Source: Squalus acanthias
Taxonomy: Eukaryota
Direction: 5' to 3'
Length of the DNA stretch: 64,000 nucleotides
Assembly (NCBI GenBank): GCA_030390025.1
Contig: CM059427.1
Span: 43,896,001 to 43,960,000 of the forward strand
Position numbers and translations under genes: made by a program. Positions 13,301-25,300 of the stretch are shown piece by piece. Each line of letters begins with the position of its first letter. Position 1 is the stretch's first letter. The notes beneath the pieces are model-generated. The model made no database searches and was not told the DNA's origin. It saw nothing but the letters and a program-made list of their open reading frames with translations.

Positions 13301-16300
13301 TTGTCATCCTTTGTTGGTTTCTGAAACTCTCCCAATCCTCAGGCTTACCAGTATTCTTCGCAACATTATAAGCTTCTTCTTTCAATCTAATGCTATCCTT
13401 AACTTCTTTAGTTAGCCATGGATGGATCACTTTTTCTGTGGAATTTTTGTTTTTCAATCGAATGTATTTTTGTTGAGAATTATGAAATATTTCTTTAAAT
13501 GCCAGCCACTGCTTATCTACCGCCATACCTTTTAATCTATTTTTCCAATCTACCTTAGCTAACTCGCCCCTCATACCTATGTACTTGGCTTTATTTAGGT
13601 TTAAGACTTTAGTTTCAGACTTTGGCAAGTCACTCTCAAACGTAATGTGAAATTCTATCATATTATGATCACTCTGCCCCAGAGGATACTTTATTATGAG
13701 ATGGCTAATTACACAATGCAAGATCTAAAATAGCCTGTTCCCTGGTTGGTTCCATGATGTATTGTTCTAGGAAACTGTCCCGAATGCATTCCATGAACTC
13801 ATCCTCCAGACTACCTTTAACTTCTTGCTATTTCTTTTGTTGATTGCTCTTTTCTGACTGCTTATTTTCAATTAGTAAAATTCTCATCCTCATGTTTTAA
13901 TGCCTTCATGACCTCACCCCTCCCTATCTCTGTAACATCCACCAGCCCTACAACCCTCCCAAAACTCTGCATTTCTCAAATTCTTGTCTCTTGTGCATCC
14001 TTCACTCCCTTCAACCCACCATTTGTAGCTATGTGTTCGGTCATACAGGCCCTATGGAATTACCTCTCTAAACCCCTCCACCACTTCTCTTCCTTTAAGT
14101 CCCTCCTTAAAACCCACATCTTTCACCAAGTTTTTGATCACCCCTCCTAATATCTCTTTCTTTGACTCTGTGTCCATTTTTTCTGATTATGCATCTTCAA
14201 AGCGTCTTGGGACAATTTTCCAATGTTAAAGGCGCAATAGAAACACATGTTGTTATTATCAGCACTGGGAGGGGTGGGGGAAACACTGCAGAAGGGGGTG
14301 TTCTAGAAAAACTGGGACAATTCCTGGGATTTATGAACAAGTGGAAAGGGGCCCTGGGAGTATTTTGGGAGGGGTCCCAGGGTCTGGGAGCTTTAGGGGA
14401 AGTCCTGGGATCAGGTAGCACTGGTATTATGGTCTAAGGGTGAGCACTGAGAGGAATATTTGGGGGGAAGGGGGAATGAAGTCTTGGGTGAGGGGGTCTG
14501 GGATGTACGATTTGGAAACATTGAGAGTACCAAAGTCTGGCAGTATTGGGGCAAGGTGTAGATGCCTTGCAAGGAGGATGGGCCAGGTGAATGTGACCCA
14601 AACTGCCCTTGGCCTATTTTGGAACATCAGGCGCCAACCTTCCACCATGTTCCTGTCTGTCAGCCTCCTCTCTGACCCACCCAGAATTCCTTTTGCATCA
14701 ACACTTTCTCGATAATCAGACAGTTCCTGTTTCTGCCCTTTCGCATTGTTTGATAATCTAGTATAAAAATCAATGTTTTAGGTTTAGTACGGAAGTTTGT
14801 TCACCAGAAAACAGAGCTGAATATTTACAGGTATAAATTACATGGTATAGTGCAGGTAATAAGGTATAGAACCATAGAGTTATACAGCACAGAAAGAGGC
14901 CCTTCGGCCCATCGTGTCTGCGCCGGCCATCAAGCCCTATCTATTCTAATCCCATTTTCCAGCACTTGGTCCGTAGCCTTGTATGCTATGGCGTTTCAAG
15001 TGCTCATCTAAATGCTTCTTGAATGTTGTGAGGGTTCCTGCCTCTACCACCCTTTCAGGCAGTGAGTTCCAGATTCCAACCACCCTCTGGGTGAAAAGGT
15101 TTTTCCTCAAATCCCCACTAAACCTCCTGCCCCTTACCTTGAAACTATGCCCCCTGGTTATTGACCCTTCTACTAAGGGGAAAAGTTCCTTTCTATCTAC
15201 CCTATCTATGCCCCTCATAATTTTGTACACCTCAATCAGGTCCCCCCTCAGCCTTCTCTGCTCTAAGGAAAACAACCCCAGCCTGTCCAGTCTCTCTTCA
15301 TAGCTGAAACGCTCCAGCCCAGGTAACATCCTGGTGAATCTCCTTTGCACCCTCTCTAATGCAATCACATCCTTCCTATAGTGTGGCGACCAGAACTGCA
15401 CACAGTATTCCAGCTGTGGCCTAACTAGCGTTTTGTACAGTTCCATCATAACCTCCCTGCTCTTATATTCTATGCCTTGTCTAATGAAGGCAAGTATCCC
15501 ATATGCCTTTTTAACCACCTTATCTACCTGTCCTGCTGCCTTCAGGGATCTATGTACATGCACACCAAGGTCCCTCTGATCCTCTGTCCTTCCTAGGGTC
15601 CTACCATTTATTGTGTATTCCCTTGCCTTGTTAGTCCTCCCAAAATGCATCACCTCACACTTTTCAGGGTTAAATTCAGTAAAACAAATTCCTGCAGTAA
15701 CTATACCTAGTTGTTGACATTCATCTGCTACAGTTTGACCAGCAGCTTCTAAAATCGCTTTGGACACACCTGAAATGAAATGTGTAAATGAAATGGTTAA
15801 TTTATAAGAGCATAGAATAATTCTTTAAGTTATAATTGCTGATTTTAATTTATCCATTTCACCAATCATACTTGTTACTACCAAACAAAATGCATATAAA
15901 TTGGTGCCTGTTTATTTAAACCCAATTAAGTGTCTCTAGTAAATTAATTCTGATAGTAAATAGGGTGGTGTTGTATCATAAATGCAAAATCTTTTTTCTT
16001 TCTTTCTATTGTATCTCTTTTTTTATCTTTGTAGTACAATATATTGTGATTATGTAATGGTTACTACTGCTTTACTGGTGAAACACTATCTCAGCTCTGT
16101 TATATTTTGGTGTGTAGAATCCATACCTAAGTTAAAGATTAGGGGGGAAAAATTTGGTTGCTTTGCGCCTCCCTAAGAGGGCGCTAATGGGGTGCAAAGA
16201 AACTAGCACCCGGGCGCGGTGCCGCCAACGCCTCCCACGAAATTCAGCGGAAAGTTAGCGGCGGTGGTAACCATTAGCGCCCTGTGGCGCTGCGCCGCCG

Positions 16301-19300
16301 GCGATGACGTCATCGCCATGTGCAGCGCCCTGCTTACGCCTTGGCCGTGATCTGCGGTAGCGCCCCCTGACTTACCGCCAGACGCTATGTCCGACGGAAT
16401 CAGGGGTGCCTCTCTGCGGCCGGGGCGGCGCTAGTTAAAGGGGAGGTGGCGGGCGGCCATTTTTATTGCTGGCTGCCTGCCAGCACCTGCCCCCGTTGCT
16501 GTCCCCGGCCCCTGTGAAGCCCCCCTCGTGGGGTGCCGGCTGCTCTCCGTGAGCCCGGCACTCCTCGAGTGCCAGGCTCGTTTGTCGGCACTCCCGATCC
16601 CTGGTAGCCCAGCTGGGCGCCGGGATGAGCTACGCCAGGCCCTCCCCTTTAATAAGGGGAGGAAGGCCTGCAGTACGCGGCACACAGCGCTGCGATATGG
16701 CCTTACAGCGTCCCAAGAGGGACGCGGGGCACTTCCAGTAGCGCCCCTCCTCCCTCTCGGGGAGCTACGTGGGAAAATTGGCTGCGGGGGTGCTGATTTT
16801 TCGGGGCACTAAAAGTAGCGCCCTTGCAAAGTTAGCGCCCCAAAGCGCCCCCTAGGAATTATATTCTGCTTCTCCAAATCACTTTTGAACATTGTGCTGA
16901 AATACCTGATTTTAGTGTGAAATTGTTATTTGTCGAATTGACAATGACATCAGTGGTCTCCTTTGTTATGTCTCCTGTTATTACTTGCAACAAAATTGGT
17001 CCTACTTGTATTTCAGCATGACCTGCGGTTGGTGAAGAAATTCTTCCAAACAAAGGTCCTGCAAAAAAAGTTTCAAAAATGTTTTGCTATTATAAATTAC
17101 TTCCGATGCCCTTCTCTTTTACTAAGGGAAGTATTACTCCTTAGAAATATGCAACAAAACATGCAGACTCATAGATGGAAAAATACTAAGGATCTATAAC
17201 CAATCAAATAAACATAAATGCCTACTCTCAGACACCTTGCTGTTTTACTCCATGTCCAAGCAATAGGATTTCCTCCTTTGATGATTAAACACCATGTGAA
17301 AAACAGAACTGACTCATACATCAACTTGTATATTTCTAGTTCTTGAAAGACTGCGGGGTCTGTCATCAGAACAGGACTGGAGTGGGGGATGATGCTGAGG
17401 CAGGGATACTGGAAGGTCTAGAATTAGGGGCAGAAGAGCAGCAGATGGGACTTCATTCTGGCAGGAAGAGCAGCAGGATTGGCACATGGATGAATAGGTC
17501 AAGCAGGACCAAAAACTGGGGAAATGGGCTTGAGAGCCGGAGGTACTCCAGGTCAAGGTTGAGGCCAAGAACGATCAGGAAAGTGTGGGGCCTCGGCTAC
17601 GTTGTGGCTTCTGAGACTTGTACTCTGCTTGCTTGGTTGTGTTGCACCAGTCTCACAGTTCAATTACGCTCTCTGCATATGCAGTGTGATGAAGGCTGGA
17701 ACACGCAGTGGCTTGCGGGAATTGTACAGTGATTGTTTTGCTCAGGACATTAAGCCGCAGCTGGATGGGATGGGCTGTGAAATACTGGGGGTGGTGTTCC
17801 TGAATAGAGAATATCCATGAGGCCTGGAGAGGTTTGTCAGGCTATCCATTTGTGGGTGGGGGATAAAAACTGTTGGGGCTGGATTTTTCCAACCTCGGCG
17901 GGTCCGGGGCGGGCGACGTCCGTGGCATGTGGGGACCTGGCATCTGTCTCGATCCCGGCCTCCAACAAGAATTTACGATGATGGGGCTTGTTAAGCCCGC
18001 CCTGCGAGGTTCCCGGCCAATTAGTAGGAAGCAGGTCTGATGACGTCATTTGATGACACGTCATCAGCCGGTTTCCTTATAGGGGCCATGTCCAAATTGA
18101 TTTTGACAGTTCTGCTGTCAGTGTCCTGCAGCATTGAGGTGCTGCAAACACTGACAAGCACTGCACAAAGGTGCACGGCTGCACCCAGGAGCTCCCTGGA
18201 CTCCCTCCATATGCTTATGGAGGGAGTCACAGCACGCAGGGAGGTTCTCTTCCCTTCCAATGGGCGGAAGACACCTCCCCAGGACACCAACGCAGTCTAG
18301 TTGCACATTGCACAGGAGGACACCAGCAGGGATGTCATCAGGAGGACCTGGCTGTAGTGGCGCAAACCTTTCAATGATCTCAGTAGATCACGAAACGTTA
18401 CTGCAAAGCCACACTCAACCTCATCCTCCTGTTCCACTCATCACATCCCCATCACTCTGCCTTCTCTACCCTACTCCTGCACATCCTTACTCACACCAAC
18501 TTACCTTACATCTCCACCCATCCCTCTCTATCTACGTTATCACTCCCCCATCTCATTAGCCACCCGTCACACTCACCCTCATCCTTGTCCAATCATTCAA
18601 ACTAACAACACACAAGGTAGGCACTTGTGTGCTTTATCCAATGTTCATGTAAAGTGTATGTTAATGTGTTGTCAAGCATTGAAATCCTTATTGTCACCAC
18701 TATGCCTTCTTGGACAAAGGTGTGCACCTTTGAAAGTGTCTTAGTGAGTTCCAGTGAATGGTGAGACATAACGTCACCCCCCAATGGTGATAAGTGTGAA
18801 AGGAATGACATGGTCATTGTATGGATGCTTTATGGTGCTGGTGTGGGGTGGTGCCAACCTGGTGCATCATGTGGTAGCCAGGGTGTTCAGTGTTAAGTGA
18901 AGTAAATCTGGACATGGTGAGGCCATCGCTGGCGTCCCATCGCTGGCGTCCCAGGCAGCAATATGCACGGGTGATGATGCCCTTTGTCCAGTGCAGCATC
19001 AGTTGATTGCGGAGAAGGTTGGTGTGGATGTTGGTGCTGCTGGTGTGTCCGGTGATGCTGGTGTTGGGGCTGATCGTGTTGGGATTCTGAGGACCAAGGT
19101 GAGATTTTTTCAAGGGCACCGATGCTGATGGAATAGATGGCAGGTGAGGTTGAGATGACAGAAGTAATCTGTCAATGTTGAGATAGGTTGTTCCAAGGAG
19201 GTGACAGTGGATAGAGAAATTACTCCAAACACTTTAAAAGTGCATAAAGCTCAAAAGTAGGTTCCAAATACTAAAGGCTGAAGCTTCTGAGATTGGAAAG

Positions 19301-22300
19301 TGACCAGCTGTAAAATGGTAGCTTTTATACCACTTTTGCAGCTGTCACCTATTGAAAGAAATGGAGAGTTGTTCAGAACCCGACATACTTACCTGGCGTA
19401 ATCCCCAAGCGATGGGAACCTCGTGGAAACTTGGGGAAATGCTTTGTTCCTGGTAAAATGGTGATTAAATAGCTTTAAACACCCTCTTAACTTGCATAAT
19501 TGTATGACCCGCCACTTAGTGCCGTGTCTGCAAAGCGCAGGCAGAACTGGCAGTAGGGAAACTCACAAGGAGGCGGGTTTAGAGCGGGATACCGCCCCAC
19601 TTTCAATCCTTTTGGATTTTGACAGCGGACCCGCCTCCGAACCCGCCCTCTGAGCGCCGGCAAAATTCAGCCCTTGGAGTGATTGGAAGATGGATGGATA
19701 AGTACATGAGCAAATTTAAGATTTTTTTTCCTGAATTTTCTTATGTGTTTATCTTATAATTGTTTATTAGGTTTATAATGCAATATTGAAGAGCTGTGCT
19801 GGGGGCCGTACCCTGGAGAATCCTTTGTTGGTGTAATGCGATTCTGGAGACTTCTTTTGGTGGAATATGATTCGAAAAAATTAGGGAGAAAGTTGAATGT
19901 GGGAAGAAAGGTTTTGTGTGATATTACTAGTGAGTAGAAAAAGTTGAAAGTAATCAAAGGAGCAGTGGCAGAGATAAAAACAACAGCGCCCAAGGCCCGA
20001 GACCAGAGGCGAGAGCGGGACTGGAGGAGCAGCGGCAGAGATAAAAACTAGCGGACGGACCTGTGAGGGGGGGGGGAAAGAAAAATAATCAAAGTATGAT
20101 GTCACAGGAAAACAGGTAAGTGATTAGTTGGTGAGTATTTCTCTTTTTCTCTAAACTAGGGCATTGGTTTAAATTAAGAGCCGTGATTATAGATTAAAAA
20201 CTATACATGGATAATTAAGTGATATTTCAAAACTTACAAATTTAATTAGTTAAATAAAATGCAATAGAGATGGCAGGGCAGGTGATGTGTTGCAGCTGTA
20301 GCATGTGGGAGCTGGTGGACACCAGTGTGATCCACGGCGACCACATCTGCAGTCAGTGTCTGCAGCTCGAGGAACTTCGGCTCAGAGTTGATGAGCTGGA
20401 GTCCGAGTTTCAGACACTGTGATACATCAGGGAGGAGAAGGGTTACCTGGACACTTTGTTCCAGGAGGCAGTCACACCCCTTAGGCCCAAATTTGAAGTA
20501 TTTATCCTATGTTAGAAATCAGGGGTGTTCAAAATGTATATGGTTTTGCGGATAAAACTGTATTTACATGATTAGAACTACAGACAGAAAGTCTCTTAGA
20601 CTAGTATTAGAATAATTAGATAGATGTGTAGAATCTGCCTGTGTTTTGGTTCCCTGCGGATGTTATAGCATTCTGCAGTGTGACGGTCATAAATAATCTT
20701 GTTTTCAAGTTAGGATTTCAACCTTGTTTCTGTTTCTCTAATTTGACCCACCAAGGCCCAACGTTATATTTCTTCCATTTCTGCTAATAACCATATTATA
20801 ATGCTAAGTTAGGATTTTGACTTTGTTTAACAAAACTACTTTAAAATGCATAAGTTAACCAGTGTATGAGAATAGAATAGATCTTTGGTAATTTAATGAT
20901 TCATTCCATAGTACAATAGTTTGATAATGAAAGAGTTAGTTTTGCATAGCTAAAGCTGCATGAACAGCCTGAACCTAAATAACTGATAACAAGTAGAACG
21001 AACATCAGATGGCCGAGAATGGCATGTCCGACTCCAAACTAGGGAGGATAGGGACAAGAGAGATAAGACACGAATTCCAAAGGAAGAACCTTCAGAAAGA
21101 TTAATCATTAAGACAATTTAATGAGGTAATCAGACCCCCTTTTGGGGAAGGCTTTCATTCAAGAATCCAGACAAAGAATCTGATGCCCTATTGGGTGATG
21201 AGGTTTATGGGGAACCTCGATAGGTTAAATGGTCTTGTCAATTACTTGGCCTCAGGCCCACCCCTAAAAAGAGAATAAAAATGACACCCTGAGTGGTTGT
21301 CCACACAGACGGTGGAGGGGAGAGCCAAAGAGAAGTTGGGCTGGTCGAACGCTCTTTTGAGAGTGATCCCACGCTCACCATCGAAGGCCCTAGAGAGAGA
21401 GGCTGGAAGCCAGAGAACTGTTCACGCACGCCAGCCGTCTGTCCGATCGGGACCGGTACCAGCTACTTGTCACGGTCGTATGTTTTTGCTGTATAACTAG
21501 CATGTTATATTCCGTCTTAAACTCTGATTAAACACAATGGGGGGAAAATTCGGTTGCTTTGCGCCTCCCGTTAGCGCCCTAAGAGGGCGCTAATGAGGTG
21601 CAAAGTAACTAGTGCCCGGACACGGCGATGTTTGCGCCACTCACGAAATTGACCAGACATATTGCGGCGGCGCTAAACACTACCGCCACGATCTCCTGCG
21701 CCCGCAGATCGTGACGTCAGTCGAGCGTGCAACGCCCCCGTAGTGCCCCGGACCGGATATTGAGTGGCGCCCCTTGCCTTACCGCCTGCCGCTAGCAACG
21801 ACAGGTTGAAGGGAGCATTTTGTAGTCGGGAAGGGACTGGCGGGGGGGGCGCTATTTAAAGGCGACCGCTTCCTGCCTTTTTTGTCGGCGACATTTTTGC
21901 ACCACGCATTCTGAGAGAGAGAGACTTCTGGTTCATTTTGATTTCACATTCCTTGTATCGATTTAGAAGAGACTGTGGGGGCTGCACTCTGAGCTCTTTC
22001 CCTGGGCCTCTCCATTGTTCTTTCCAGCAGATTTGATGTACAGGTCTCTCCAGGCCGAGATTCACGGTTGCAATGAGCAGGGTGTGGATGGAGAGCAAGA
22101 TCGACCCTCCCCTTTAAGAACTGGCCGGCACCATTGTGTGTGTGTTCCATTGCTGACTGACATCACATGAGCTTCGCCAGCGCTCTGAGGTAGTGCCTCG
22201 CTCCTCGGCGTTAGCGCCTTAAGAGAGGTGTGTAGCGTGTGATTTAGCGCTCCAATCATCTCCAGGGGCGATAGAAGCCAAGTTTGCAGTCGGAGGCGAT

Positions 22301-25300
22301 AATTAGCGCCGGGCGCTAAACTTTGCGCCCGGCTGATAATTGCTGCCCCAAACGGGGCGATACCGAATTTCTCCCCCAATATACCCACCATATTGGTTTG
22401 CAGTCGATCCTGATTATTTGAAAGACTAGAGATAAGCTACTAATTGGCCAAAATCTCTACACCATGGTCAGGGACAGGAGGGTGTGACTATGAGTGAGGC
22501 AGGTATGGGGATCCAGAAGGTAGCATTGGAGGAGCCTCAGCCCTTGCACATGTCCAACAGTTACGAGGTTCTTGCAGACTGTGTGGACGAGAGCAGGGAC
22601 TGCAGGGAGGATGAGCAAACTGACCACAGCATCGTGGTACAAGGGGCCATTCAAGTTAGGGGAGTAAAAAGAAATGTAGTAGTGGTAGGGGACAGTATAG
22701 TTAGGGGGATAGATACTGTTTTCTGCAGCCGAAAGCGTGAGTCCCGAAGGCTGTGCTGCCAGGGTTAAGGACATCTCCAGCGGGCTGGAGAGGAACTTGG
22801 AGTGGGAAGGGGAGGATCCAGTTGTCGTGGTCCACGTAGGTACCAACGACATAGGTAAGACTAAGAAAGAAATACTGCTGAGAGAGTATGAGCAGCGAGG
22901 GGCTAAATTAAAAAGCGGAACCACAAAGGTAATAATCTTTGGATTAATACCTGATCCACGAGCAAATTGGCATAGGTTCAATAAGATCAGAGAATTGAAT
23001 GCGTGGCTCAAAGATTGGTGTGGGAGAAATAGGTTTCGATTCGTGGGGCACTGGCACCAGTACTGGGGAAAGAGGGAGCTGTTCCGTTGCGACGGGCTTC
23101 ACTTAAACCATGCTGGGACCAGTGTCCTGGCGAATCGAATAACTAGAGCTGTAGATAAGGCTTTAAACTAAATAGTGGGGGGGAGGGGTCTGGTGAGGGG
23201 AAATGAAGAAATTTAAAGCGAGATGACAAGGCAATAGTGCAGGGTAGCGATAGGGGTAATGATAACCAGAGTGTGACAGGAAGGGACAGAGCGTACAAAC
23301 GTAAGAGTGCACCAGCAAATAGGACCAGAGTAGGGAAAAATGTTAAAAAGCAAAATTAAAGGCTGAATGCGTGCAGCATTCGTAACAAGATAGATGAATT
23401 GACTGCACAAATAGAAATAAATGTGTATGATCTGATAGCCATTACAGAGACGTGGTTGCAAGGTGACCAAGGCTGGGAACTGAATATTCAGGGGTATTTG
23501 GCATTTCAGAAGGATAGGCAGAAAGGAAAAGTAGGTGGGATAGCTCTGTTAATAAAGGATGAGATCAGTACTGTAGTGAGAAATGATCTTGGCTCAGAAG
23601 ATCAGGATGTAGAATCAGTTTGGGTGGAGGTAAGAAATAGTAAGGGAAAGAAGTCACTGGTGGGAGTGGTCTATTGGCCTCCTAACAGTAGCTCCACTGT
23701 AGGACAGAGAATAAATCAAAAAATAATGGGGGCTTGTAAGAAAGGTACTGCAATAATCGTGGGCGATTTTAATCTTCATATCGATTGGAAAAATCAAATT
23801 GGCAAAATTAGCCTTCAGGACGAGTTCATAGACTGTATTCAGGATGGTTTCTTAGAACAATACATTGTGGGATCAACCAGGGAACAGGCTATTTTAGATC
23901 TGGTAATGTGTAATGAGACAGGGTTAATTAATGATCTCATAGTAAAGGATCCTCTGGGGAAGAGTGATCATAACATGTAGGATTTCACATTCAGATTGAG
24001 GGTGAGAAACTTGGGTCTGAAACTAGTGTCTTAAACCTAAATAAAGGCAATTACAAAGGAATGAAGAGAGAGTTAGTTAAAGTGGACTGGGAAAATAGAT
24101 TAAATGGTAAGATGATAGATAAGCAGTGGCAGACATTTAAGGAGATATTTCATAACTCTCAACAAACATATATTCCAGTAAGAAAGAAAGATTCTACGAG
24201 AAGGATGAACCATCCGTGGCTAACTAAGGTAGTTAAGGATGGTATCAAATTGAAAGAAAAGGCATACAATGTTGCCAAGCGGTAGGCCAGAAGAATGGGA
24301 AATTTAAAAAAACCAGCAAAGCATGACTAAAAAAATTATAAAGAGGGAGAAAATAGATTGAGAGTAAACTAGCAAGAAATGTAAAAACAGATAGTAAGAG
24401 CTTCTACAAGTATATAAAAAGGAAGAGAGTAGCTAAAGTAAATGTTGGTCCCTTAGAGGATAAGACTAAGGAATTAATAATGGGAAACAAGGAAATGGTT
24501 GAGACTTTGAACAAATATTTTGTATCTGTCTTCATGGTAGAAGACACTAAAAGCATCCCAATAATAGTATATAATAAAGGGGCAAAAGGGAGGGAGGAAT
24601 ATAAAACAATCAGTATCACTAGAGAAAAGGTACTAGGCAAACTAATGGGACTAAAGGCTGACAAGTCCCCTGGACCTGATGGCCTGCATCCTAGGATCTT
24701 AAAAGAACTGGCTGCAGAGATAGTGGATGCATTGGTTGTAATCTTCTAAAATTCCCTGGATTCTGGAAAGGTCCCTGCCGATTGGAAAACCGCAAATGTA
24801 ACGTTCCTATTCAAGAAAGGAGGGAGACAGAAAGCAGGAAACTATAGGCCGGTTAGCCTAACATCTGTCATTGGGAAAATGCTGGAATCCATTATTAAGG
24901 GAGTAGTAGCAGGACATTTAGAAAATCACAATACAATCAAGCAGAGTCAACATGGTTTTATGAAAGGAAAATCGGGTTTGACAAATTTATTAGAGTTCTT
25001 TGAGGATGTAATGAGCAGGGTGAATCAAGGGGAACCAGTAGGTGTAGTGTATTTGGATTTCCAAAAGGCATTCGATAAGGTGCCACATAAAAGGTTACTG
25101 CACAAGATAAGAGCTCACGGAGTTGGGGGTAATATATGAGCAGGGATAGAGGATTGGCTAACTAACAGAAAACAGAGAGTCGGGATAAATGGGTCATTTT
25201 CAGGTTGGTAAACTGTAACTAGTGGGGTGCCACAGGGATCAGTGCTGGGGCCTCAACTATTTACAATCTATATTAATGACTTGGATGAAGGAACCGAGTT

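Noticed and set aside
14946-15767. 273-aa ORF as a stand-alone gene
   Set aside because: It is PARP14 exon 11 plus intron plus a CR1 fragment, with no true ATG; kept only as a possible read-through isoform.
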